This document shows, piece by piece, positions 1 to 12,108 of a DNA stretch of 64,000 bases. Numbering within the stretch: position 1 is the stretch's first letter; every line of letters begins with the position of its first letter. The notes below the pieces were generated by a model that searched no databases, was not told the origin of the DNA, and was given only the letters and a program-made list of their open reading frames with translations. This DNA is from Rickettsiales bacterium (GTDB taxonomy: Bacteria; Pseudomonadota; Alphaproteobacteria; Rickettsiales; RGZB01), in the NCBI GenBank assembly GCA_044356525.1, contig JBIKVZ010000002.1:524349-588348 (forward strand), read 5' to 3'. A program made the position numbers and the translations under genes.

Positions 1-723
1 AAAGCCTTAAAAACGTGGTGGACCACAATTGAAGGCTGGCGCGCACGCAAATCCCTCGCTTACAAGCAGAGCGGAAAAATTATCAAACCGCAATATGCGC
101 TGGACCGCTTAAACGCGCTCATTAAAGATAAAGATGCCATCGTGACGACCGACGTGGGCCAGCACCAGATGTGGGCCGCACAGTATTTAGGTTTTGAAAA
201 CCCAAATCGCTGGATGACCTCCGGCGGCCTTGGCACCATGGGTTATGGTCTGCCTGCCGCTATCGGCGCGCAAATCGGTAACCCCGACAACCTCGTGGTG
301 TGCGTGACGGGTGAAGCCTCCATCATGATGAACATTCAGGAACTTTCAACAGCGGTGCAATATCGCCTGCCGGTAAAAATCTTCCTGCTGAACAACCGTT
401 ACATGGGCATGGTGCGCCAGTGGCAGGAATTGTTCCATGGCAACCGCCATTCTGAAAGTTATATGGACGCCCTGCCCGACTTCAGCGCACTCAGCAAAGC
501 TTTCGGCATTGATGCCATCCGCGTGGAAAAACCCACCGACATGGATGATGCGATTAAAGAAATGCTGAAAATTAAAGGCCCTGTCTTCATGGACATCGCC
601 GTGGACCAAAACGAAAACGTCTACCCCATGATTCCGGCCGGTGCCGCGCATAATGAAATGAAGCTTTCGCCGTATGACAAAGTGGTGAAGGTAGACGAAG
701 AAGAAGCAAGGATGCAGGTGTGA
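1..723 (+). CDS. ilvI: Acetolactate synthase large subunit, 5'-truncated by the window edge
   Basis: Frame open from base 1. Motifs [31 protein letters not shown] and the TPP-binding region [11 protein letters not shown]...[12 protein letters not shown]. Followed by the small subunit and ilvC. Confidence 0.95.
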   Translation, partial: KALKTWWTTIEGWRARKSLAYKQSGKIIKPQYALDRLNALIKDKDAIVTTDVGQHQMWAAQYLGFENPNRWMTSGGLGTMGYGLPAAIGAQIGNPDNLVVCVTGEASIMMNIQELSTAVQYRLPVKIFLLNNRYMGMVRQWQELFHGNRHSESYMDALPDFSALSKAFGIDAIRVEKPTDMDDAIKEMLKIKGPVFMDIAVDQNENVYPMIPAGAAHNEMKLSPYDKVVKVDEEEARMQV

Positions 724-724
724 T

Positions 725-2331
<1,607 letters not shown>

Positions 2332-2354
2332 GGCCACTTCATTATTCACACGGC

Positions 2355-2387
2355 AAAAAAGGCTCCTTGGTAAAAGGAGCCTTTTTT
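2355..2387 (+). terminator. Rho-independent terminator after ilvC
   Basis: AAAAAAGGCTCCTT-GGTAA-AAGGAGCCTTTTTT inverted repeat with a T-tract. Confidence 0.85.
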
Positions 2388-2402
2388 GTTAGCTTAAAGG
2401 GC

Positions 2403-3284
2403 ATGGCAAAAATAAACCCCGCAAAAGCACTGGAAAGTATCACGCAGCAATTCATGCGGGATACGGGCTATATCCCCGTGATTGCCTCCGAGATTGAGTT
2501 TTATTTAAACGGCCCCATTACCGAAGCGTTTAAGGATGAATGCTACGAGCAGTTTGGTAGCAACGGCATTCTGACCTTCGAGTTTGTGGATGAAAAATCC
2601 GAGCATCATTATGAAATTTCGCTGATGCATTTGCCCGACCCCGTGCGCGTGGCAGAGGTCACCAAGCAGCTTAAAACCATTATCCAGCAAGTTTCAAAAA
2701 AACATAAACTGGGCGCAACCTTTGATGCAAAGCCCGACCTTAAAAAACCCGGCAGCGGCCTACACATTCATTTAAGCCTACTCGATAAGGAAGATAAAAA
2801 CCCATTCCTTAAAGGCCGTGATGAAGACGAAAGCCCCACGATGCGCGCCGCCATTGGCGGGCTGTGCGCGATGATGCCAGAGTCGATGCCATTCTTTGCA
2901 CCACATAAGGAATCCTACGCGCGCTTCACTGCTGCGTTTAATGAGGATGACACCTGCCGCTATAACAACGCACCGGTGAATATCAGCTGGGGCGGCAACA
3001 ACCGCACCACAGCAATTCGTATCCCTGCCAGCACCCGCCACCCTGAAACGCGCCACATTGAACACCGCGTGGCCGGCGCCGATGCCGACCCCACCATGGT
3101 GATTGCCGCAATTTTAGCGGGCGCGCATTTGGGGCTCACGAACAATATCGATGCCGGTGAGAAGGTGTGGGGAAACGCGTTCGAAAAACAATATAACCTG
3201 CCGCCCCTGCCCGCGACGCTTGCGGAAGCTGAAGCCTTATTTGAAAATGGAAAATTGCTGAAGCCTTATTTGAGCGAGGCTTAG
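2403..3284 (+). CDS. Glutamine synthetase family protein, catalytic domain only (possible gamma-glutamyl ligase)
   Basis: EIEFYL, AKP...GSGLHIHLSL, WGGNNRTTAIRIP, IEHRVAGADADP. Start moved to ATG 2403 because the track's TTG at 2367 lies inside the terminator. Confidence 0.85.
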   Translation: MAKINPAKALESITQQFMRDTGYIPVIASEIEFYLNGPITEAFKDECYEQFGSNGILTFEFVDEKSEHHYEISLMHLPDPVRVAEVTKQLKTIIQQVSKKHKLGATFDAKPDLKKPGSGLHIHLSLLDKEDKNPFLKGRDEDESPTMRAAIGGLCAMMPESMPFFAPHKESYARFTAAFNEDDTCRYNNAPVNISWGGNNRTTAIRIPASTRHPETRHIEHRVAGADADPTMVIAAILAGAHLGLTNNIDAGEKVWGNAFEKQYNLPPLPATLAEAEALFENGKLLKPYLSEA

Positions 3285-4078
3285 CCCGCCAGTTCGCGCA
3301 CCAAAGTCAACACCGCCTTCACGGCTTTTTTCGGCGCTTTCTGGTTCAGCTCGATTTGTTTTACGAGCGCAGAGCCTACCACGGCAGCATCGGCCACCTT
3401 TTGGATACCAACTACATCTTTACGGGTTTTAATGCCAAAGCCTACGGCAATCGGCAAACGCTTCACGTCTTTCAGGCGCTTCACCGCCGCACCAACATCC
3501 ATCGCCTTGGCAGACTTCGTGCCCGTGATGCCGGCGATGGAAACATAATAGACAAAGCCTGACGCCTCTTTCAGTACGCGGCGCGCGCGGGAATCATCCG
3601 TCGTTGGCGTGGTGAGGCGCACCAGCGCCAAATCCAGCGGGACAGAAAATTGCGTGAACTCTTTTTCTTCTTCTGGCGGCAGGTCAACGATAATCACGCC
3701 ATCTACACCCGCTTTCACCGCGTCGCGCACAAAAGCTTCCGTGCCGTAGGCGTAGATTGGGTTAAAGTAACCCATGAGAACGAGCGGCGTGGTTTTATCG
3801 CCTTTTCTAAAATCGCGCACGAGGCTGAGAATGCCTTTGAGGCTCGCACCGCTTTTCAGCGCACGGCCAGCGGCAAGCTGAATGGTCGGACCATCGGCCA
3901 TCGTGTCAGTAAACGGAATGCCGAGCTCAATAATGTCAGCCCCCGCCGCAGGCAGACCTTTCAGCAGTTCCAGCGAGGCTTCACGGCTGGGGTCGAACCC
4001 CATCACATATGTGATAAGCCCTGCGCGCTTTTCTGCCTTCAGTTGCTTGAACCGTGCGTCGATGCGTTCCTTCGCCAC
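3281..4078 (-). CDS. trpA: Tryptophan synthase alpha chain
   Basis: ELGIPFTDTMADGPTIQ, YYVSIAGITG, VGFGIK, VVGSALV. Confidence 0.97.
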   Translation of the reverse strand: MAKERIDARFKQLKAEKRAGLITYVMGFDPSREASLELLKGLPAAGADIIELGIPFTDTMADGPTIQLAAGRALKSGASLKGILSLVRDFRKGDKTTPLVLMGYFNPIYAYGTEAFVRDAVKAGVDGVIIVDLPPEEEKEFTQFSVPLDLALVRLTTPTTDDSRARRVLKEASGFVYYVSIAGITGTKSAKAMDVGAAVKRLKDVKRLPIAVGFGIKTRKDVVGIQKVADAAVVGSALVKQIELNQKAPKKAVKAVLTLVRELAG

Positions 4079-5284
4079 TTAAAGCCCCCCTAAATGGTCA
4101 GCCACGGTGAAGATGTCTTTATCGCCACGGCCGCAAATGTTCACCACAATCAGATGGTGCGGCGAAAGCGTGGGTGCCATGCGCATAACATGCGCAAGCG
4201 CGTGGCTTGGCTCAAGCGCGGGAATGATGCCCTCGGTGCGCGCGCAGAGCTGCAGCGCAGCGAGCGCTTCTTTATCGGTGGCGGAAACATAATTCACACG
4301 GCCAATATCATGCAGGTACGCATGCTCAGGGCCGATGCCCGGATAATCAAGCCCAGCGGAAATGGAGTGCGTCGGCAGCACCTGACCATCGGCATTTTGC
4401 AGTAAGTATGTGCGGTTACCATGTAGCACACCGACTTTGCCTTTGGCGATGGAAGCAGCTGTTTCTTTTGTGCTCACGCCTTTACCAGCGGCTTCGACGG
4501 CATACATCTGCACGGAGGTGTCATCCAAAAACGAATGGAAAAGCCCGAGCGCATTCGAGCCACCGCCGATGCAGGCGACAAGCGAATCCGGCAGGCGGCC
4601 TTCGGCGTGCATCATTTGTTCTTTGGCTTCACGCCCGATGATGGATTGGAAGTCGCGCACCATCATGGGGAATGGATGCGGCCCCGCCGCCGTGCCAATG
4701 AGGTAATACGTGTCGTGGACATTCGATACCCAATCACGCAGTGCTTCGTTCATCGCGTCTTTCAGTGTACCAGCACCAGCACCCACAGAGCGCACTTCTG
4801 CACCCAGCAGCTTCATGCGGAACACGTTCGGCTTCTGGCGCTCCATATCTTTCGCGCCCATGTAGATAACGCACTTCAGATTAAACAGCGCGCACACCGT
4901 GGCGGTGGCAACGCCGTGCTGACCTGCGCCTGTTTCCGCGATGATGCGCTTTTTGCCCATGCGGTTGGCGAGTAGAATCTGCCCGAGGCAATGATTGATT
5001 TTATGCGCGCCTGTGTGGTTTAGCTCGTCGCGCTTGAAATAAATTTTTGCGCCACCTAAATGCTGCGTAAGACGCTCAGCATAAAATAGTGGGCTGGGGC
5101 GACCTGTGTAATGGCGATTGTAATAATCGAGCTCAGAATGGAAGGACTGGTCCTGCTTGGCGGCTTCATACGCCTTCTCTACCTGCAGGATGAGCGGCAT
5201 GAGCGTTTCCGCTACATAGCGGCCACCGTAAAGGCCAAAATGCCCATCAGCATCCGGCGAGTTATTTGAGCGATGTTGTACCAT
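4079..5284 (-). CDS. trpB: Tryptophan synthase beta chain
   Basis: [14 protein letters not shown] (PLP lysine), [28 protein letters not shown]. Confidence 0.98.
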   Translation of the reverse strand: MVQHRSNNSPDADGHFGLYGGRYVAETLMPLILQVEKAYEAAKQDQSFHSELDYYNRHYTGRPSPLFYAERLTQHLGGAKIYFKRDELNHTGAHKINHCLGQILLANRMGKKRIIAETGAGQHGVATATVCALFNLKCVIYMGAKDMERQKPNVFRMKLLGAEVRSVGAGAGTLKDAMNEALRDWVSNVHDTYYLIGTAAGPHPFPMMVRDFQSIIGREAKEQMMHAEGRLPDSLVACIGGGSNALGLFHSFLDDTSVQMYAVEAAGKGVSTKETAASIAKGKVGVLHGNRTYLLQNADGQVLPTHSISAGLDYPGIGPEHAYLHDIGRVNYVSATDKEALAALQLCARTEGIIPALEPSHALAHVMRMAPTLSPHHLIVVNICGRGDKDIFTVADHLGGL

Positions 5285-5296
5285 GCGAAACTTTTA

Positions 5297-5938
5297 CTAC
5301 AGCTTGGCGCAGGTTTCCAGAAATTCCCGAACCAATTTTGGGTTCTTCACCCCTGGCTCGCTCTCAAGGCTTGAGGATGCATCCACCATCCGCGCGCCCG
5401 TGGTTTTAACGGCGGTCTCCAGATTTTCGCCGTTCAGGCCGCCGGAAAGCAGCCACGGTATGGTGAATTTGCGGTTTTTAATCAGATTCCAGTCAAACAC
5501 GAGGCCGTTACCGCCCGGCAACGCGCTATTCTCAGGCGCGCGGGCATCAAACAGCAACATATCGGCTACCTTGGCATACGCGCCTGACATGGCGACGTCG
5601 TCGCTCGAACGCACTTTGATGGCCTTTATAACCGGCACGCTGTAGGTCGCGCGAATCTCACGCACACGCTCAGGGCTTTCATTGCCGTGGAGTTGTAAGT
5701 AGTCCGGCTCGAAGGATTCAAATATCTCGTCAATTTCATTATCCATTGGGTCCACCAGCACTGCGACTTTTTTGATGCCGGAAGGAATGCGCGCAGAAAG
5801 CGCTGCCGCTTTTTCAGGGCTGACATAGCGCGGTGATTTGCGGAAGAACACAAAACCAATAAAGTATGCGCCGCCTTTGACGGCTGACTCAACTGATTCC
5901 GGTGTGGTTACGCCACAGACTTTTGCTTGCACGGACAT
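5297..5938 (-). CDS. trpF: Phosphoribosylanthranilate isomerase
   Basis: KVCGVT, GFVFFRKSPRYV, QLHGNE, GGNGLVFDW, LSGGL. Confidence 0.96.
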   Translation of the reverse strand: MSVQAKVCGVTTPESVESAVKGGAYFIGFVFFRKSPRYVSPEKAAALSARIPSGIKKVAVLVDPMDNEIDEIFESFEPDYLQLHGNESPERVREIRATYSVPVIKAIKVRSSDDVAMSGAYAKVADMLLFDARAPENSALPGGNGLVFDWNLIKNRKFTIPWLLSGGLNGENLETAVKTTGARMVDASSSLESEPGVKNPKLVREFLETCAKL

Positions 5939-5941
5939 GGG

Positions 5942-6292
5942 TTACTTTACCTGTACTAGAGCCTTACTGGCTGGTGCGGAGTTATCGCTTGTTTGGTAGC
6001 TTGCCGCAATCTTTTTCTCGGCGCGGAGCGCTTCCACTTCATTCTTGAGCGCGGTGATGGTTTGGTCTTTTTTCCGCAGTAATAGAATTTCTTTCAGCTT
6101 TTCAATCAGCGTGAAGATGCCGCCAAGGAATACACCCACCATGAGGGTGATAAAGAAAATCACATAAAGCGGTAGCTCTATCGATGTTTCAAACGGAAAG
6201 AATGAAACGCCCACCTTCTGGCGATTTGAAAGCGCAAATACAAGAACGAGCACAGATAGCGTGCCCAGCATGATCCAGCGAATCAGACGCAT
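5942..6292 (-). CDS. lapA: LapA / DUF1049 family membrane protein
   Basis: Two hydrophobic helices around FALSNRQKV plus a C-terminal coiled coil; usual position downstream of ihfB. Confidence 0.75.
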   Translation of the reverse strand: MRLIRWIMLGTLSVLVLVFALSNRQKVGVSFFPFETSIELPLYVIFFITLMVGVFLGGIFTLIEKLKEILLLRKKDQTITALKNEVEALRAEKKIAASYQTSDNSAPASKALVQVK

Positions 6293-6304
6293 GGAAAAAA
6301 CAAA

Positions 6305-6598
6305 TTACTGATTGGATGGGTGGTTGTTCACGCGTTCGCGAAGTTCTTTACCCGCGCGGAAGTAAGCCGCATGGCGTTCACCAAGACGCACTTCTTCGTT
6401 TGTTTTCGGGTTGCGTGCTGTGCGCGCTCTACGCGTGCGCACTGAGAATGAACCAAAGCCACGAAGCTCTACCCTGTCGCCACGCGCAAGCGCTGCCACC
6501 ACTTCACCGAAGATGGCGTCAACAACACGCGACACATCTTTCAAATAAAGATTCGGGTGTTTAGCAGAGAGGATTTTTATGAGTTCGGATTTGGTCAT
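6305..6598 (-). CDS. ihfB: Integration host factor beta subunit
   Basis: MTKSELI...RVELRGFGSFSVR...RNPKT...YFRAGKELRERVN; rpsA-sppA-ihfB synteny. Confidence 0.95.
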   Translation of the reverse strand: MTKSELIKILSAKHPNLYLKDVSRVVDAIFGEVVAALARGDRVELRGFGSFSVRTRRARTARNPKTNEEVRLGERHAAYFRAGKELRERVNNHPSNQ

Positions 6599-6674
6599 GC
6601 GACCCCACTCTTTTTTATGTTAACCATGCTGAAGCTAATTTTTCCTACGCTTCAGTAGGTTACATAATACCACC

Positions 6675-7577
6675 TTACCAGACGGACAACAAGCCCTGAG
6701 TTGAAAAGCGGCTAAAATCCAGTATTTTAGCCCCACTGAAGCTCTCCATGAGGCTTTCTAAGCCCTTTTTAGGGGGGGTAAGCGGAACATCCTTAACTTT
6801 CAGCTCCTTAGCGACACCTTTCTGGCTTTCCAGCCAGGCAATCGCGTCTTTTTCATCGCCCAGGGCATCTACCAGCTTGCCTGCCAAGGCCTGTGGGCCA
6901 GTATAGACTCTGCCATCAGCCATCCTGACCACTTCCGTGCGCGGCAATTTGCGGCCAGCAGCCACCATATCCACAAACATATCGTAAAAATCATTAATCA
7001 CCACGCGCAGCGCCTGCTCTACTTCGGGTGTGGTTTTCTCGAGTGGCGATGGCGTACCTTTCAGCGGGGAAGATTTAATAATGGTAATGTCTACGCCCAG
7101 CTTTTTGGCTAAATCGACAAAGTCAGCGCTTTCCAAAAGCACACCGATAGAACCAGTGAGTGTGCCACGGCGGGCGAAAATCCGGTCAGTGTTGACGATG
7201 GACATATAAGCGGCAGAGGTCGCAAGCGTACCCATTACGGCCACCACGGGCTTCTGTGCTTTTAAATCGGTGAGTGCATCATGGTATGATTCGCCGCCTA
7301 CTACCGTGCCGCCGGGGCTGTCTACGTGTACGATAACGGCCTTAACGCGCTTATCTTCTTCAAGGGCTTTTAAGGTTTCAAGCTCCTTCGGCCTCTCCAT
7401 GATGAAGCCTTCGATGCGAACGCGTGCGATATAATCGGTTTGCGCGATGTCTTCAATGGGCTCGCCCATCAGCACCCACGCAAAAAACATAGTAACTAAA
7501 ATGGCCAGACCACGCCACAGATGCAGCTGTTTCTTCAGCTTCATCCTTTCTAATAGCACATCCGCGCTAATGGGCAT
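6675..7577 (-). CDS. sppA: Signal peptide peptidase SppA (S49)
   Basis: N-terminal TM helix, VDSPGG, ATSAAY, TGSIGV, ADGRVYTG. Confidence 0.93.
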   Translation of the reverse strand: MPISADVLLERMKLKKQLHLWRGLAILVTMFFAWVLMGEPIEDIAQTDYIARVRIEGFIMERPKELETLKALEEDKRVKAVIVHVDSPGGTVVGGESYHDALTDLKAQKPVVAVMGTLATSAAYMSIVNTDRIFARRGTLTGSIGVLLESADFVDLAKKLGVDITIIKSSPLKGTPSPLEKTTPEVEQALRVVINDFYDMFVDMVAAGRKLPRTEVVRMADGRVYTGPQALAGKLVDALGDEKDAIAWLESQKGVAKELKVKDVPLTPPKKGLESLMESFSGAKILDFSRFSTQGLLSVW

Positions 7578-7609
7578 GATCTGGCCTTTTTAATGTTAAG
7601 GCTAGTAGA

Positions 7610-9460
7610 CTATTCGTCTTTCGCCTTTTTCTTTGCAGCAGGCTTCTTAGCAGATTTTTCTTCTGCGGAAGCTTCGTCTTTCTTCGCTTTTGGCGCTGCT
7701 TTCTTTGCAGGCGCTTTTACGTCATTCTTGGATTTATCCAGAGCCATGCCGAGGATTTCACCCAAGGAAGCACCGCTGTCCGTTGAACCGTAGCTGGCAA
7801 TCGCCTTCTTCTGTTCTTCGGCTTCGAGTGCTTTGATGGACAGCGAAATTTTGCGAGCGGCTTTATTTACCGTCATCACTTTCGCATCCACGCGGTCACC
7901 GACTGCGAAACGCTCAGGGCGCTGCTCAACACGGTCAGACGAAAGGTCAGAACGTTTGATGAAGCTTTTAATGCCATCTGCAACCTGCACTTCGATACCG
8001 TCGTCATTGACTGCGGTTACGGTGAAGGTAGAGACGCCGCCTTTTTTCAGGCCGCCCAGTGCATCATCGCTGCCACCGGCATTAGAGGAAGACGCAGAGG
8101 CTGCGCTGCCACCATCGGTGAGCTGTTTGATGCCAAGGGAAACACGTTCTTTATCTGGTTCGATGGAAAGTACTTTTACTTCCACTTCCTGACCTTTGGC
8201 GAAGTTTTTCAGTTCTTCGTCCGCATTGCCAGACCAGGTAACGTCAGACACGTGCACCAGACCATCCACGCCACCAGGCAGACCAATGAACAGACCGAAA
8301 TCGGTGATGTTCTTGATTTCGCCCTTCAGCACGGTGCCTTCTGGGTGTTTCGCACCGAACTGTGCCCATGGGTTTTCTTCGCACTGTTTCACGCCGAGGC
8401 TGATGCGGTGCTTGTTGGAATCAATATCCAGCACCATCACTTCTACTTCCTGGCTGACAGACACAAGCTTGCTTGGGTGAACGTTTTTCTTTGTCCAGCT
8501 CATTTCAGACACGTGCACAAGGCCTTCGATACCTGGAGCCAATTCCACGAACGCACCATAATCCGTGATGTTCGTGATACGGCCTTTGAAGCGACCCTTA
8601 ATTGGGAAGCGGTTTTCGATATCGCGCCATGGGCTTTCTTCCAGCTGTTTCATGCCGAGAGATACGCGCTTGGTTTCTTGGTCGAACTTAATCACCTTCA
8701 CTTTGATGGTCTGGCCAACGGACAGAACTTCAGATGGGTGATTGATACGCTTCCAAGAAATGTCGGTCACGTGGAGCAGGCCGTCGATGCTGCCGAGGTC
8801 GATGAACGCACCGTAGTCGGTGATGTTCTTCACGACGCCGTCCAGCGTTACGCCTTCGGCGATCTTCGAGAGCATTTCTTCGCGCTCTGCACTGCGGGTT
8901 TCTTCTAAGATAGCACGGCGTGATACAACGATGTTGCTACGCTTTTTGTCCATTTTCAGAATCTGGAACGGCTGTTTAATGCCCATCAGCGGTGAAATGT
9001 CTTTCACCGGACGTACGTCCACCTGGCTGCCAGGAAGGAACGCAACCGCACCACCCAGATCCACCGTGAAACCGCCTTTAACGCGGCCGAAGATAACACC
9101 TTCAACGTTTTCAGCACGTTCATGTGCTTCTTCAAATTTGGTCCATGATTCTTCACGGAGCGCTTTTTCGCGGGACAGCATTGCTTCGCCGTCGCGGTTT
9201 TCAATACGCTCGAGGTAAATATCAATCGTGTCGCCAACTTTAATGTCTTCCGGTTCGCCGAGGCGGACGAATTCGCGGAATGGCACGCGGCCTTCGGTTT
9301 TGCCACCGATATCCACAATTACGAAATCTTTTTCAATAGCGGTAATCACACCTTTGGTGACCGCGCCTTCAGCTAAGAAAGAGGTTTCTTCCAGCAACTG
9401 GGCAAAGTTTTCGCCCGTGGAGAAGTCCTGCATTTTTTCTGCTGCGTTTGATTTAACCAT
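7610..9460 (-). CDS. rpsA: 30S ribosomal protein S1
   Basis: Six S1 repeats (KNITDYGAFIDLG, GLVHVSEMSW, RVSLGMKQL); Lys/Ala-rich C-terminal tail. Confidence 0.98.
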   Translation of the reverse strand: MVKSNAAEKMQDFSTGENFAQLLEETSFLAEGAVTKGVITAIEKDFVIVDIGGKTEGRVPFREFVRLGEPEDIKVGDTIDIYLERIENRDGEAMLSREKALREESWTKFEEAHERAENVEGVIFGRVKGGFTVDLGGAVAFLPGSQVDVRPVKDISPLMGIKQPFQILKMDKKRSNIVVSRRAILEETRSAEREEMLSKIAEGVTLDGVVKNITDYGAFIDLGSIDGLLHVTDISWKRINHPSEVLSVGQTIKVKVIKFDQETKRVSLGMKQLEESPWRDIENRFPIKGRFKGRITNITDYGAFVELAPGIEGLVHVSEMSWTKKNVHPSKLVSVSQEVEVMVLDIDSNKHRISLGVKQCEENPWAQFGAKHPEGTVLKGEIKNITDFGLFIGLPGGVDGLVHVSDVTWSGNADEELKNFAKGQEVEVKVLSIEPDKERVSLGIKQLTDGGSAASASSSNAGGSDDALGGLKKGGVSTFTVTAVNDDGIEVQVADGIKSFIKRSDLSSDRVEQRPERFAVGDRVDAKVMTVNKAARKISLSIKALEAEEQKKAIASYGSTDSGASLGEILGMALDKSKNDVKAPAKKAAPKAKKDEASAEEKSAKKPAAKKKAKDE

Positions 9461-9612
9461 GATAGAGGTCCTTTCGAATAAGCCATTGGGTTAGGTTAAA
9501 AAATCCGCTTCAGGACGCATGTGGCTTAACAGAGCATGCTCTTAAAACGGCAGTAATTTTAGGAAAAAATAACGGCAGCGGCTTCTTTGAAATAAATGCG
9601 CGAACATGCCTG

Positions 9613-10278
9613 CTATTTAGACGGAACGTTGATGACTTTCAGCACCTGTTCCAAGACTGCATCCGGCGACATATTCGTTGTATCGATATGCACCGCATCT
9701 TTTGCGCAGACGAGAGGGGCAATTTTTCGGCCCATATCCCGCTTATCCCTACGCTCTAAGTCCCCTAAAACGGAGGAGTATATAGCGTCTTTCCCGCTGG
9801 ATTGCAACTGTTTAAATCGCCGTTCAGCGCGGGATTCCAGGCTCGCCGTGATGAAAAACTTAAAATCTGCTTTGGGGCATACCACCGTGCCGATATCGCG
9901 CCCATCCAGCACCGCTCCGCGCTTGTTTTTGGCAATTTTCCTTTGAAAATCAAGTAGTTCTTGCCGAACATCAGGAATGGCTGACACAATGGAGGCGGCT
10001 CTGCCCACTTCTTCGGTAGAAAGGTCATGCGCGCCTAATTCTTCCAGCGAAACCTCGCCACCCGCCACCCGAATAGCATAAGAAGCCACCTCGGTGGTTT
10101 GGTCTTCGGCCAAAGCAACATCCCTACCCGATTCCATCACTTTATAGCCCACGTAGCGGTATAAAAGGCCGGTATCGAGGTACACAAGGCCGAGGCTTTC
10201 TGCCACACGCCGCCCCAACAGCCCCTTGCCTGAGGCCGCAGGGCCATCAATGGCTATCACCAATGGCTTCGCAGGCAT
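9613..10278 (-). CDS. cmk: Cytidylate kinase
   Basis: IAIDGPAASGKG, YLDTGLLYR, VLDGRDIGTVV. Confidence 0.97.
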   Translation of the reverse strand: MPAKPLVIAIDGPAASGKGLLGRRVAESLGLVYLDTGLLYRYVGYKVMESGRDVALAEDQTTEVASYAIRVAGGEVSLEELGAHDLSTEEVGRAASIVSAIPDVRQELLDFQRKIAKNKRGAVLDGRDIGTVVCPKADFKFFITASLESRAERRFKQLQSSGKDAIYSSVLGDLERRDKRDMGRKIAPLVCAKDAVHIDTTNMSPDAVLEQVLKVINVPSK

Positions 10279-11624
10279 TAGGCTTGCTCCATGGCAGCGC
10301 CAAAGCCATTCATTAGCTTCAAAAAGGCCGGAAAGCTGGTTTGAATCATGCTGGCATCATCCACCGTGACTGGCTTTTTGGACACCATGCCCATCACCAA
10401 AAAGGCCATGGCAATGCGGTGATCCATATGGGTGGTAACCACGCCGCCACCCGCAACATCGCCGCCTGTGACCTCGAGCCAATCTTCGCCCGTTTTGTGT
10501 TTGATGCCGTTGGCCTTAAGCCCAGCTGCAACCGCCGCAAGGCGGTCGCTTTCTTTTACTTTGAGTTCTTCAAGCCCCAACATGCGCGTGGTACCTTTGG
10601 CTGCAGAGGCTGCTACGGCGAGAATGGGGTATTCATCAATCATTGACGGAGCGCGGCTGGCTGGCACTTCCACGGCTTTCAGCGCACTATGGCACGCCAC
10701 AATATCTGCCACCGGCTCACCCGCTACTTCGCGCTTATTTTTGAATTTTATATCCGCACCCATTTCAAGCAATGTGTCATATAGACCTGTGCGATGCGGG
10801 TTGATGCATACATTGCTGATGGTGACTTCTGCACCCGGCACGAGTAACGCCGCCACGATGGGAAATGCCGCAGAGGATGGGTCGGCGGGCACGGTAAAAT
10901 CTTTGGCTTTTAATTCCGGCTGGCCAGTGACAGCAATAATGGTGCAGCCTTCTTTTTGCTTTACGCTCACTTCCGCACCGAAGTGGCGCATCATGCGCTC
11001 AGTATGGTCGCGCGTGGGTTTAGGCTCAATCACCGTGGTGATACCCGGCGTGTTCAGTGCAGCCAACATAATGGCAGACTTCACCTGCGCCGATGCCACC
11101 GGTACTTCGTAGGAAATTGGCAGCGGCTCATCGGTACCCTTCAAAGTAAGCGGCAAACGGCCACCTTCGCGGGAGGTGACTTCTGCACCCATCTGCGAAA
11201 GCGGCGTGATAACGCGCGCCATAGGGCGCTTTCTAAGCGATGCATCGCCGTCAAACGTTGAGGCAAAACCATAGGGCGTAACAAGACCCATCATCAAACG
11301 GCAGGCCGTGCCGGAGTTGCCCATGTCGAGCAAGCCAGATGGCTCCTGTAAGCCGCCAACACCAAGGCCTTCCACCTGCCAATCACCGTTTTTCAATTTT
11401 TCAACACCCGCACCCATTAAGCGGAGCGCACCAGCCGTGTGAGTGACGTCATCACTTTCCAAAAGCCCTGAAATTTTGGTGGTGCCAATCGCCTGCGAGG
11501 CCAGCATCAACGCGCGGTGCGAGATGGATTTATCGCCGGGTACCGTGGCTTTGCCTTTAAAAGATTTTACCTTGCCTGATACGACAGGCTGAAGCCCTGA
11601 TTCTTTTTTTCTAGCCTGCGCCAT
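10278..11624 (-). CDS. aroA: 3-phosphoshikimate 1-carboxyvinyltransferase (class II EPSP synthase)
   Basis: PGDKSISHRA, DMGNSGT, SAQVKSA, RDHTERM, KESDRL, DHRIAM. Confidence 0.98.
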   Translation of the reverse strand: MAQARKKESGLQPVVSGKVKSFKGKATVPGDKSISHRALMLASQAIGTTKISGLLESDDVTHTAGALRLMGAGVEKLKNGDWQVEGLGVGGLQEPSGLLDMGNSGTACRLMMGLVTPYGFASTFDGDASLRKRPMARVITPLSQMGAEVTSREGGRLPLTLKGTDEPLPISYEVPVASAQVKSAIMLAALNTPGITTVIEPKPTRDHTERMMRHFGAEVSVKQKEGCTIIAVTGQPELKAKDFTVPADPSSAAFPIVAALLVPGAEVTISNVCINPHRTGLYDTLLEMGADIKFKNKREVAGEPVADIVACHSALKAVEVPASRAPSMIDEYPILAVAASAAKGTTRMLGLEELKVKESDRLAAVAAGLKANGIKHKTGEDWLEVTGGDVAGGGVVTTHMDHRIAMAFLVMGMVSKKPVTVDDASMIQTSFPAFLKLMNGFGAAMEQA

Positions 11625-11627
11625 GGC

Positions 11628-12068
11628 TTAAAACGCCTTCCAGCGCATACCGCCCAAAATAAACTCGGCATTTTCATCATTTGGACCAAGCGGTAATAAA
11701 ATTTCACGGAAACGGATGCGCACATTATGCGTGTTGGTAAATTCCGATTCAATGATGAGTGGCGCACGCGAGCGCAGCACCTGATTGATTTTTTCTGCCA
11801 CTTCTACGTTTGAGGTGGAAATAAGATGTGCTGCCTCTTCTTCTGTCAGCTGGTCACCAAACGCCTGAATCAGTTCTTCACCAAGGTAAGAATATTTGTA
11901 GGTGCCACCTGTCTTAAAATATTTGGCATCGATAAGGAAGCAGCGCGACCAGATGTCTTTCAGCGCATCCGGATCCACTTGCGTCTCTGAAGGGAAACGG
12001 CGCGAGCCTTTCAGCTCGGTCCAGTGTTTCATCAATTGTTCGGTAATCCTGCGATCTTTTGCGCTCAT
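11628..12068 (-). CDS. Stand-alone PAS-domain protein (PAS_5-like)
   Basis: HWTELKGSRRFPSETQVDP, YSYLGEELIQAFG, REILLPL...ILGG pattern typical of alphaproteobacterial PAS_5 proteins; recognised by eye. Confidence 0.7.
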   Translation of the reverse strand: MSAKDRRITEQLMKHWTELKGSRRFPSETQVDPDALKDIWSRCFLIDAKYFKTGGTYKYSYLGEELIQAFGDQLTEEEAAHLISTSNVEVAEKINQVLRSRAPLIIESEFTNTHNVRIRFREILLPLGPNDENAEFILGGMRWKAF

Positions 12069-12108
12069 GCTCTGCCTTTTAAAAGAACCTGCACTGTTTT
12101 ACAACATC

